A DNA stretch of 64,000 nt from Dicyema japonicum (lineage: Eukaryota; Animalia; Dicyemida). Shown in pieces: positions 39,005 to 50,686 of the stretch. The translations under genes and the position numbers were made by a program. Below the pieces are notes generated by a model. The model made no database searches. It was not told the origin of the DNA and saw only the letters and a program-made list of their open reading frames with translations. How positions within the stretch are numbered: the first letter of the stretch is position 1; every line of letters starts with the position of its first letter. Location of the stretch: the NCBI GenBank assembly GCA_011109175.1, contig RDEW01000006.1, positions 1,448,133 through 1,512,132 of the forward strand. Direction: 5' to 3'.

Positions 39005-39211
39005 ATGGAAAATACTCCAATTCTTATATTTACAGAACAATGTCCGATTTGTGTGGTAGAGTACAATATTTAATTACAGAATGGATATTTATATGATGAC
39101 TATACCTCCTTAGGGATAATACTTGGAATTCTTTTTTTTCCATGTGGAATTATTTGCTGCGTGAATATGAAAAAACCAATTTGTTCTTCCTGTGGCTACA
39201 CTAAAAAATAA
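39005..39211 (+). CDS. BRI3: Minimal Brain protein I3 (BRI3/DUF2367) Cys-rich membrane protein, 60 aa
   Basis: MENTPILIFTEQCPICV, 24-nt intron (39056-39079), then NGYLYDDYTSLGIILGILFFPCGIICCVNMKKPICSSCGYTKK*. Fits the BRI3 pattern CPxC..G.L.D..T.LGI..I..FP.G.ICC......C..CG. Confidence 0.88.
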
Positions 39212-39849
39212 TTTAACTCAAATTTGTTGGAAATTAAATATTAGAGCTTACTTTATTGTTAAGAGTAGATAAAAATCTCCATGTCTACCTACAGTCCACA
39301 TTTAAAGCGACAATAGAAAGCCTCACAGTAGAGAACAGAGGACAGAGCATGAAAATGCAATATGAACAGCCCAGTGGATGCCCGGGATCCAAAAAGGACC
39401 CCTCTCTTCTCTACCTCACTGAAGGGATTCACACGATGACTGGTGCGGATATTTGAATAAAGTGCGTTTCACTTCAACCGTGAGAATTGTGTATGGCCTA
39501 ATTGCATTAATTAACTCTTAGAATATTTCCTTATTTTTTAGTTATATGGATGCTAGGACCGGTTTTTTCTTATAAGAGAATTATAACTAGATTGACATCA
39601 CATGGAGACCTGATACCAGTGCCGAAACAGGCACTTTGGTTTATTACAACGTTGATACTCCAAAGCCAACATAGTGGTGATAGATTGGGACTGCTATGAA
39701 AATAGGTGGCTTATCGACCTATTTTATGTAAAAGTGATGTAGGGAACGAGCATCTCCCCAAACTATGCAGTTAAGGAAATGTCCTGCCTTATTCATGAAC
39801 TCCAATACCAATAATATTGATCGGAACCATTTTCCATATTTCAGAATTT

Positions 39850-40450
39850 GGATAATATTCAGAAATGAACTATCAATCATGGAAAACATTGCTTGGTATC
39901 CTTAATGGGAAAAGATGGAACAGGAATATCTATCTACTATCACCACCACAAGCGAACTAAGGGTCATTTCATAGACCCTTTTTGAGTTTGTTAGCAATTG
40001 ATGCCCTCTGTTGGTAAGATTGAACAGCTATTAGCGGTCTCTACTCCAAATCTCTTAAAATAGTGTGTTTCGCCGCAAACTTTATCTTGACTGGCGATTT
40101 AAACTAAAAACACGTGCTACCTTAGTGCTATATGCTTTGAAATACCAAAGGCGTTAGACAGCGTATAGCATAAAGCTTTACTATCTCAGATATTCCAAAC
40201 CAAAGCCACATTGGAACTGCCACATGTGATAAATAATTTCCCATACAAGAGATATTCCTTTATGAGCCATTTGCCTTATCTGTAAGATCCATTAGAGGAG
40301 AGGATTCACAGAAAAATTAATCCTTACCCTCGTAATACTTAATATCTTATGTCGACTCTCCCAGTTAAGGAAATATCGTTGTCGCGCTCTGTATTGGATA
40401 GAGAATGGTGTCATTAAATTACGATAGGGTTGTTGATAAGAGAACTAAGA
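39850..40450 (+). mobile_element. Highly degraded APE-type LINE RT fragment
   Basis: IAWYP..GK...ISLLS and IPKALDSV.HKALL remnants. Confidence 0.45.
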
Positions 40451-41254
40451 GTTTTTTGAAAGAAAATCTAATCTTAGACGTATATATCAAAGTTCACGGA
40501 AAAGGGTTTAAATAGAACTTACAGACTAGAAAACCTCTTTCAATTTCTTGCTACTAAAATGTTGTCGATTGAATTGGATAACCGGTGCACTAAGATGTTT
40601 CCATCTCATCTTGACTGATGCCGAGTTTCCCCTTTTTGTATGTTGCACTCTGCTAGCTCATGGGAAACGTTTTTTCGGATCCATATCGATCTACAGAATT
40701 TATGAAGCAGGTATTTTAGTGCATCTACCAATGATCCATGAGTTTAACAGCCATAACAGAACCTCTTAATGTCTCTACTCTTTCTCTTATTCTGGTTATG
40801 ATTAATCTGCCTCAAGTGACCCCCAGTGCCCAGATACCAAGAAAATGAGCTTCCGACTTAATTAGACCATTCTTCATAAGGGTTCCCACAACTACAAATA
40901 CTGAATGTTTTTTTCTTTCCAAAAGTTCCGAATAGAAAAGCGTATGAAAAGTCCCAAATGTAATTTGAATGAATATTAACCTGTGAATAACATGATGAGT
41001 GTTAAAATATATTTCTCATGAGTCCTACCTGGAAACCTCATCAATCAAGTCTCGTTACTTTAGTATAGGTCATTTAGCAAGTGTTCCTACTGGGCCGCTA
41101 GATTTTGGAGTATGTCAGTTTGGATGAGAGCTATAAGATCTATATTTATCAAAAATCATTGTTTTCTTGTACTTTTCCATTTGGTGTCCCCTAACGATTA
41201 CATTTTGTTTTCAACACATTAACCTTCAGTTTCCCGAAGTTTGATTCCCTATAT

Positions 41255-42190
41255 CAGTGGTTCCCTTAAGGTGCTCGTGGAACCCTTTTTGGCTATTTTT
41301 TGAGAACCCTTCCAATTCAATAATTACAATTTTCACTTAAAACATATCGTAATAACCAAAAACAATTTAATGTGAACATTGGGGTAGCTTTTTATCATAG
41401 TTTCGTAACGTTATGATTTATTGTTGACGACTGTGTCCTCATATCAGGGAAGCAATGAGTGTATATTTTGTTTTGGTAGATGCATATATTCAAAACCCCG
41501 ACTAGCATAAGTAAGTCGTTGGAAAAAGTAATAGTGTAGGTATAACATTTTCTGATTGGAGAGGTCTTTTTAACATAATTAATAATTTTGATGCATCGTC
41601 CAAAACTTCACTCAATGAAAAGGAAATATTCTCCGACACCAGAGAATGAAGTGAAGAATGCAATGACTACTACAATTGTTTTATCCTTTGTACAACTCTT
41701 CAATAATATCGTCAAATGGGTATCTAACTAAAACCTGTCATCCTTCAACATCAGTAGACTCATCAATTTGAATGGCAAAACCATTAGAATTATTCAAACG
41801 AATTACAAACTGCGTTTCAATTTTTCCGAAAGTTCATGAATTTGCCTTGAAATAGTATTATTTGACAAAGGAACAAGATCCTTAGACATTTGTTCGCCAT
41901 AAATACACTCGATGATTTTTTGAACATGGCTTTATAAGATTTTCGGCAATTGTATGTGCCTTCCACCACGTGCTACAAGATAACTTTTTAATTAAAATAG
42001 TTCTATACTTCATAATATGCTCTGGTCATTTTACGTTGTCGTATTTCGCAAATTTGGAAGGAAATATCTTTATCCTTTAAATGCGGATTCTTCATCAATA
42101 AATGTATTGATAGTTTGGCAGGAATAGGAGATGTTCTAGGCATTATATGATGGCATATTACAAATTCTTTAGTAGCTTTCATCATATTTT
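41255..42190 (-). mobile_element. Degraded hAT (Buster/Charlie-like) transposon
   Basis: CAGTGGTTCC terminus; HTIAENLIK, VPLSNNTISRQIHE, FAIQIDESTD, FPTTYLC.SGF. Confidence 0.8.
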
Positions 42191-42343
42191 CTTTTATAAA
42201 ACTATAATTATGAAAAAAACTTTTTGTTAATAATTTTGAGATTTCTTATGAAATTATTGTTTCTTGTTAAAAATCTTATAAAATACTAATTGACTAACTA
42301 ACCTAAACAGGACATAAGCGTGACTGTTTAATATATTTTAATA

Positions 42344-43620
42344 CAGTAAACCCCCATTAATCCGAACTTCAATAATCCGAATTTTTTGATGAGTAAGCCA
42401 AATTTTACGAAGATTCCATACAAATAGGCTTCAATAAACCGAAACTTCATTATCCGCAATCCGAAAGACATTTATTAAAAATTTCGGATTAATTTATTTT
42501 GTTATACATTTAAATTAATTTACAATTTAAAATCTAACAGTCAGGATCAAGGAGTTAGTTAGTTTGGTTACCCTTGGTATTATCATAATTTAATTTTAAC
42601 GAAATCGATGACTTTGAATTTAGTAAGGCTACACAGATTTAAAAGATGATTTAATCTTTCTAAAAGTTCTTCTTGGAAATGCTAACAGCTTAACATTAAT
42701 GAAATTAATTTCAATAGACAAATATGAATAAGTTAAAAGAAGTTGACCCTGACGTATTACTAAACATGGATGAAACTGGACTCTTTTTTCAATCTTTTCC
42801 TTTAAGAACAATTTCATCTAAAATAGAAAAGGCATCAATCAAAAGTGAGGATCACTCTGTGCTAATGCAGCTGGAACAATAAAAATTAAACCTTTTGTTA
42901 CTGGGCATAGAAAAGACAAGATGTTTAATATTGTAAGTACTATGTAAATAAAATGGCTGACAACAGAACTTTTTAATGTTTTCATCAGTAATCTTAGCAA
43001 TTAATTAAAATGATAAGTTTCTTTTTACTGATTGATAATGCTCCAAGCCATGTTTTAACGAAATTCTTTGAAAATTAAAATTTATTTCTTCCAAAAACAC
43101 AACTGCTCATCTTCATCCAATATATGCAGAAATAATCAATAACTTTAAGCATTTTATAGAAAAAGGCTTATTTTGGATTTATACCCTTGATTTGGAAAAA
43201 TAATTTTTTTCGAATTTACGGAAGGCCATCATTATGGTATCTCATGCATGGAATGAAGTAAAAGAAGACACAATAAAAATTGTTTAAAAAAGACAGGCAC
43301 AATTAAATGTCTTGATTTATTTGCTAATGAAGATTCATGCAAGATCTTGTTTTGGATGTGTAACAAACAGAACTGGAAGAACTTGCTAATGAGGAAGAAA
43401 TAACTCAAACAGAACGAAATCGTCACCCTTTTTTGTGAAGATTATAATGTCTAAAAATTATTGATGCTGAAAATGAAGAGAGCAATGGAGAATTTTCACC
43501 AATACAAATATTAACATTATACAAAAATACAAAATTCAGAAATGATAGAATATGGAACATTGAAAAATTTAAATAAGTTATAATTCAATGAATAAAAGAC
43601 AGACGACGCTTTATGACTTT
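42344..43620 (+). mobile_element. Degraded Tigger/pogo DDE transposon
   Basis: TA|CAGTAAACCCCCATTAATCCG TIR with AATCCGAA subrepeats; NMDETGLFF, CANAAGT, LLIDNAPSH, GIINNFK-like motif. Confidence 0.85.
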
Positions 43621-43643
43621 ATTAAATAAAACGATTTAATGGC

Positions 43644-43930
43644 TTGGCGCCATGTGGATATTTGTTGGAAGTTTTATGTTTGTTTGTCTGTTCCTCCTAT
43701 CTCTTCCTATTAGAGTTCCGATCCACCTGTCTAGGTGGAGCCCAGCGCCTGTCTGGGACGAAAAAGGATCATTTGCTCACCCCCACTCCACTGGAGGGTT
43801 TTCCACAACTGAACGTATGGACGTCTTTTTCTTTTATGTTAATTCCGGATGGACTCTGTTTCTGTAAAAGTGGAAATTGGATACACTTGATTAGTTGTTT
43901 GCTCTAACTTCTATCTTGGTGTATTATCCA
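43644..43930 (+). mobile_element. Non-autonomous SINE-like family B with a tail borrowed from the APE-RT LINE
   Basis: Three copies in the window. The last ~60 nt read ...VEIGYT* plus 3' UTR, like the LINE ends ...GIT*. Confidence 0.7.
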
Positions 43931-43962
43931 TGGTGCATTTATTATTCACTAGCAATATTTAG

Positions 43963-44280
43963 CCGGGTGGCTTAGTGGTTAGGTGTCGGGCTTAAGTGGC
44001 TTAGGCTACGGGTTCGATCTCGCTGCTGTTCACCTGGTGGAAGGTTCCACGCATCTACGATGCAGAAAGGGTTTGACGAGTGACGCCGTCATCAGTGAAT
44101 ACTCACTGCGGAACTGGATTGTCTAGAAAGGACACTCACACAAGAAAAAGAAAAAAAAAGAAGTGAAGATCATTCCTTGTTCTACGATTAGTTAAATTAA
44201 CTGTTCTTTACTTAAATAAAGTGTGTGTCCTGCCTATGCGGAGCTATTAATACTATGGCTCTCGTGAAAGGCTTATTATT
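43963..44280 (+). mobile_element. Full-length tRNA-derived SINE (family A)
   Basis: A box TGGCTTAGTGG (43968-43978), B box GGTTCGATCTC (44011-44021), (TTA)n tail. TSD ATTATTCACTAGCAATATTTAG at 43941-43962 and 44281-44302. Confidence 0.9.
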
Positions 44281-44999
44281 ATTATTCACTAGCAATATTT
44301 AGTTTCAGGTGATAGAGTCTTATTTTGATCTCGTCGGGATCAGAGTCACCAGTAAATTTATGTTGACTTAAACACATTCTTGAGTTAGACGACTGAATAA
44401 ATAAGTTCCCTTGACATTTGTTTTGTCGTTCAGAAGTTATTCCTATTCAATGTCATTCATTTAAAAAATCATACCAGGAATCATATTTACTTGATGAATT
44501 CTTGCTAGTATGTTTTTTCTGACTCCAGAACTATCCTAATTTGATCACTACTCGTCGCAAATTTTGCGTGGCGACATGACTTTGGATTTTTGGGGAAATT
44601 TTTCTGGAAATATTTCGCGGGTGTACATCATCCCTTCAGACTGCTCTTAGGAATAGTCACGTTTGACTCGAAGAATAGGTAATTAAGGATTGTTTATACA
44701 ATTATAAATATGCTGGTTGCTGTTGCTTCAGAATGTCTGGACTTGAGTGTCGAAATAATAAAGATATCCGAAATTGAACCTCCATTGAGTTGGTGTGTAT
44801 TATTCTAACGTGGATGATTGAGAATACAGTTATCCAAGGTTTTGAGAACGCTTATTGCATTTCAAGGAACTTAGGTTACAATCTAACACTTTAAGCTCTC
44901 CTATGTTCCCAAGAATGAAAAAAACATTATTTTGGAGGACTTCATAATTGGAAATAAATAATTAACTTCATAATTGGATATCTACGTCCTTTTATGGAA

Positions 45000-45780
45000 A
45001 AAATTTATAACCAAATTTGCGCAGAGGGAAACTAATGTTGTTACTTGGTACGTTGCTGGACGAGGACATTCCAAGGATGATCCGGGTCCTACTTGCGGAC
45101 ACTGAAATACAAGTCTGGGTCGTTTCAGAGCGATCCTGTAAATTTGAGACACATATTGGCACTCCTCAAGGAGATTCTGTATCACGATTAGTATTTGTTA
45201 TCAATCTGGAAAGTGCCCTTCAGGACCTACGAGCCAAAACTGACCGACTTCAATCACAGGACTAATTTACGCGGATGACGTAGACTTTGTTTAGGAGGAC
45301 ATAAAAGAGATCAGGACTGTTCTAAATCATGCTCCCGGGAAAATGAACGACAAAGACAGAGGTCACAACTGTTAAAAATATAAATGTGCGTTTATACATT
45401 AATTACGCCAATTTTGCTATATAACTCAGTTTGAATCAAACTTGCATGATGCTTTTCACATAAAACAACTAAAAATTGGACATACGCTTTCCGAAGGTGA
45501 TCAGCAACCAGAATCTATAAACTATCTGTAAATTTGAAAGACTGGGGACCACTATAAGGAACACTTGATGGGGATTATTGGACCTGCTGCTCCAGCAAAT
45601 GACATCATGGAATCGTAATTCCTAAGCACAGGCCCATATCGGGGCAGACCACGAACAACCCTTTCACTGACCATAAATAATGACCTAAAAATGTCAAAAT
45701 GCGACTAGAAAATGACTTAGACGACCTCCGAAAATCATAATCTAAAGAGGAAAGTGGAGGCGTCTGATTGCAAAGAATAT
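45000..45780 (+). mobile_element. RTE-like RT core and 3' fragments
   Basis: THIGTPQGDSVS, YADDVDFV, GRPRTT. Confidence 0.75.
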
Positions 45781-45789
45781 TCGGTGTGC

Positions 45790-46350
45790 GACACAAGTGA
45801 CGTCAATAGGTTAACTTTCTTGTTGTAAATTTGAGACGAGCATTCCCGATCGACAATGCTAGCCAAGAAAGCTTGGACTCTATTGCAAGTACAAGGACGC
45901 TGGAAAGTGCAAAGACAAGAGCTAATCAACACCGACTGGCATGTTTCATGTCGGCTGTAAATCGTAAAAGTGGGGCTTGGCTTGAAATACCATGCTCATC
46001 TCTCAGAATACTCTTTTACGAGAATTGCCTGAGGATCGGAGTGTCACTGGGCTCGGATTGGATGTAACCAGCAACACAGATGCCTTTGTGAGGGAACGTC
46101 GACACCAAGGCTTACATCCTCTGTTTTGGCGACAGAGCGCAGAACGTGTCCAGCAGCTCATAATGACGTTGTTCTATTGGCCCTCAGAGCCACGTGGATT
46201 CTGGCTCAACTGGAACCCTTAGGCTTGGACAAAGGCAATGGGAAGAAGCCAGATGGATGTTTTGCTTAGATGAGATGCGAACACCGTGAAGGACTTTTGT
46301 TTAGAGAGAGGATCGAAATGCCGGTGATGCTTACACAATCCTGGTTAAAG
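45790..46350 (+). mobile_element. Degraded CRE-like fragment
   Basis: ANQHRLA...SGAWLEIP...CLRIGV and LEPLGLDKGNGKKPDG. Confidence 0.8.
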
Positions 46351-47126
46351 GACTTTAGTTGTTTTAAAAATATTATGCATTAAAAATTATTTGTTAAGTT
46401 CAATAATAAAATTATCAATATTTGTAATAAAACTTCAAATTAATAATTGCCGTTTAAATCCCCTCGAAAATATTGATTTCTGAATTTTTTTTTAATTGAT
46501 GTTAATTTTGTTACTTTTAATGATAAATTAACATGACGATATAATATAATTTTAGCTTCCCAGAGAGATCATAGGAATCAAAGTTGATACCTCCAAATTA
46601 TAAATAAAATTGATTATAAATTCTGCATATAATAGACGGAAAATCAATTTTAATTACTAAACATCAATGTTCCTAAGATTATAATTAAACTGAATAAATC
46701 CACAAAACTACTGAATATATCGAATTCTCTCACTGATTTTACTCAACTCTCCCCCACTATTCCAGATATCAATAATCTCAAATCTGCATGGATTTATTAC
46801 ACAACTCATTTTATGGGAAAGCTCTAGCCTTATAATTAGAGAATGGTATTGTACTAAAACTAGCAATTGATTTAAAGAGAAATAAGTCAAAAAGAAAGTT
46901 AGTCGCTGGAGGAGCTGCATGAGGATTCCACAAAAGAATCAGTCTTTACAATCATCTTTACACAGCTATCTTTATTTGTAGCACGTTTCTCTGATATTAA
47001 ACTGTTTATTTCCAACACTGGGGACTTGTTATTGGCAATACTAAATTAGCCCCAGTAAGCAAGGAACTCTCTTTGTCTTCGTGGGAAATCGAAAACAAAT
47101 TGACTCCCACCCTAAATAAGCCGTGG

Positions 47127-48259
47127 TTACTTTAGGAAATTGCAGTCTATTTTGATGCATTGTTTATCATCTACATCGAATATGGAGACGTAAAATCCTC
47201 CAGAATACGAAGCCACAGCCATCCAGTTCAATCCGCTGTGTTTCCACGCGTAAACCCTTGTGTCATATCCTTGGGAAGGGATCTTTAGCCCCATCGTATT
47301 CCTCTGAGTGATAAGGGAGACGAATAAGGTAGATATGAGATCGCAGAAGTTATGTAGCTTCCAATCACCGACCTATCGAATCATCCACCAAAATACACGT
47401 TAGCTGACATTTCAAAAATGTGGACAGTGTCCGAATCCGATGAACAAACCAAATACTTATCATCTACAAAAAAGAACGAAGTAATTTTGGCATTTTTGTA
47501 TATTCCTCTCAAAAAGTGATGGACGATATCCCCACTATCCACATTCACCACATAAATGTAGATCCCCTAGAAGTGGTTACGCGCAGTGTACATCAATCGA
47601 GGTCACAGCAAACTCATCCCCGCCTGAGTTGAACTCAATCTGAGCTATCTCCTTGTCACATGGTTTGATCACGTTGATAGTTTCCTTGAATAAACTGGAA
47701 GAGTACCAATCTAGCCTCTCCCTTTTCTACGATAACCCTGCAGACCGTGACCGAGCCAATGTTGGGGAGAGAAGGATAAGCGAATTGAGTGGTAGAAGTT
47801 TTTGTAAAAATGGCCAGAGCACTTGAAGAGGTCTCCTCATTTGTGAGAACTTTAATGACTTCATAGTTCTCTGCATTGAGCACGTGGAGTGAGTTTGTTA
47901 GACGAATCAATATCAAATTCTTGTCTATCTTAAAATTCAATATGTGCTCGTTGAATTTCAATTTCTTTATTTGTCGTCTCTGAATAAAGTTGAAGACCAC
48001 AAAATAGCAAGGTAGCCGATACTCCACAAAAAAGATCATATGGTCATGGCATTCCGCACAATAGACCTCACGATAATCTAAACTTTATGTTAGTCAGTAC
48101 TTCCACGTGAGTCGTATATAAGTTCGAGGTAGGCCACTTCGTTGAGGGAGAAAATTCGAAAGCCATCGTTATGCCGACAGTTAATGTAGTACCTATTACT
48201 GGAGGACAGGATTGAATAGAGGAGCTGAAGTGAATACTATGAATTTTAATATTGGCCAT
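47127..48259 (-). CDS. WIPI/ATG18 PROPPIN beta-propeller, divergent (1-2 apparent 1-nt deletions; C-terminus may extend to about 46900)
   Basis: TLTVG-HNDGFRIFSL; QFAYPSLPNIGSV; IKPCDKEIAQIEFNSGGDEFAVTSID/GIYIYVVNVDSGDIVHHFLRGIYKNAKITS...LVCSSDSDTVHIFEM; SYLP; MAVASYSGGFYV. Introns of 22-26 nt. Closest in layout to WIPI1/2. Confidence 0.85.
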
Positions 48260-48967
48260 TTGATCAAATTAAAATTTTATTTAAATTTTGGAGTTTGGTT
48301 TTAATATATAAAAATAAATAATAAGTTTATAATTAAAATTAATATTAATTAATTTAATCACAAAAATGTTTCTTTTTTAAAAGCCAATAAAGTCACTGTT
48401 TGGTTTTGTAAAAGGCACTCAGGAGAAACCAATCCCAGAATATGCGGGTATTAAGACATTAAGTAAAATAGTCTACTTTTATTAAAAGTAACAACCTAGG
48501 GGAATTTAATTAATTAGCTTAGACAAGGATTTATTTTAATATATTGTAAAATTGATTTTAATAGTTAATTTGAAATTCAATTTACCAAAAATACGATCGA
48601 TTCACGTTCTACCTTCCATTACTGTTTATACAACTGGAGGAATAAGTGGGAAAACGCCTCTTTTCTAAAGAATAATGGACGCCTAGCTACACTAATAAAC
48701 CACGACGCACGTGAGACTCGGTGCTTCTCCAGTTGATTTGTTGCGATCACGAGAGGTAACTCAAAGTCAATTATGTCAGTGGGACCACTTTTGATTGATT
48801 TTTGTGTTTTATTGTATAATCAGTAACAATAAAAATATTAAGTTCTAATTGTCTGATGATTATCGAGATTAATTGGAGGAGCCACTGGGTTTAAGGATGG
48901 CTTCTGAATGTGACCAGGTGCCTCAGGTTCTTGAAAAAAGACATCCTACTTATCACTCAAGTTATCT

Positions 48968-50660
48968 CAGTGGTTCTCAAACTTTTTAAAAAAAAGACAT
49001 CGCGGTCCTTCACTAAATTAGTTAATTAACATTTTAACAAAAACAAAAATTAGTGCAAAATTAAAGAATGATAATTAATGAGATGGATGCACTTGTTTGG
49101 CCATCATCAGTTTTTCTAAGTCGGGTTGTGTTTTGGACAATGCAACCCTCATGTCATTTGACACATCCAATCTATTGCGGAATTTTGTTTTGATGGTAAG
49201 TAGTGCTGAAAACGCTGTCTCACTCTCATATGTAGTTGCAAATGGAATAAGCACTTTAAGTGCCATCTTTGCCAATTCTGAATAGGAATCAGCCATTTGA
49301 ATCCAAAAATCGCTTTGAAACTTCGTTGAAAACGTGTTTTGCATATCCATCATTAAACAAATCGATGAATTGTTCCTGAATTATATGGTTTTCACAAGGA
49401 GGTCCTTAACTGAAATTGCAAATGGGTTGCTGAGAAAACGATAGTACTTATCAAATTCAGAAATATTAGGAAAATATCTAAAAATTAATAATATCGAAAA
49501 AATACCTAGAAATTTCTCTACTAATAAATAATATACGTTGTTTCATCGCATCAATGGTGTAGTTATGGAAACTTCATTTTCATCAATATATTTAGATGTG
49601 GAAATGCCGCAAAGTTGTAACTATTTAATTTCGAATTCCACCGTTCTAGTTTCATTTTGAAACCAGTAATTTTTTCATGGCAATGGAGGACTGTGGTGTC
49701 TCTTCCTTGCAGTTGTAAATTAACAAAATTCACAGATTCAAATATATCCAACAAAAATGCCAATAAAGTAAAAAAACGAGTATCAGAAAATTTTTCATGC
49801 AGTTTTGGTTTGACGTCTTTAAGAAATTCATGTATTCTTTTCGTAGTATCAATGCTCTCTTCAATACTTTTCCTTTTGAATGCCATCTCACATGTGAATG
49901 CAACAAAAGAGTTTCAAATTCAGAGTCATTTTCTTTGCATAACTAAGCAATTAGACGAGAACTAAGTGCTTTAATATAGTTTATCGTTTTATGATATTCA
50001 TGACATTTTTCAAATCGTCAGGCATGGTTTTCATCATCAATGCATGACGGTGGATCATGCAATGTATACAAATAGCATTTGGGGATTTTTCCTTGACTAA
50101 AGTTTAAAATCCGGAACGGCAACCAAACACGTCTGTGTACACACCAACTAAATTATTCCAATTGATGCGATGTACTTCAAAAAATCTGTCAAGTTTATCA
50201 AATATATCCCTGGCGGTTGTATTAGTGCTGAGAGTTTCACAAAACAAGAATTCATCTTCAAAGTGCTTGCATGTATATAACGAACATATACGCATAATTG
50301 AAATAAATTGGCGATATCAGTGCTTTCATCAATTTGGATAGCAAAAAATTGGAACATTAAATTTTTAATCATCGCGATTACAATGGACAAAATATTATCG
50401 GCGAAATCATTTATTCTTCTACTAACAGTATCATTGGAAAGTGAGATATGCTTCAGAATGTGAAGTGATCAAATCTGGAATTGATCAATCTTTGGGGTTT
50501 GAATTTGAAGAAATCAACATCCTTTTGTGTTGAACTAGGATGTTTAGATTCCATATGCCTCTTTAACTTGCTTGGATTAAGTGAAGTAGACGCCAAAACC
50601 TCTAAACACACTGTGGTTTTAATTTACCTTCAGAAGTTATCAGAGTGAATCCATATTTGA
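48968..50660 (-). mobile_element. hAT Buster/SCAND3-ZBED8-like transposase pseudogene
   Basis: CAGTGGTTCTCAAAC terminus; LNPSKLKRHME, SLSNDTVSRRI, FAIQIDESTDI, HCMIHRHAL, LIPFATTYESETAFS...VHPSH*. Confidence 0.92.
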
Positions 50661-50686
50661 TATATGTTTTTTTATTTATTTTATTT

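Noticed and set aside
43963-44035. Possible tRNA gene
   Set aside because: No convincing acceptor stem; it continues into a SINE body with tail and TSD.
44065-44110. CTGATGA...CAAAC on the minus strand of the SINE, suggesting a hammerhead ribozyme
   Set aside because: No GAAA after stem II, and CTGATGA is not conserved in the other copies (CTGTTGA, CTGCTGA).
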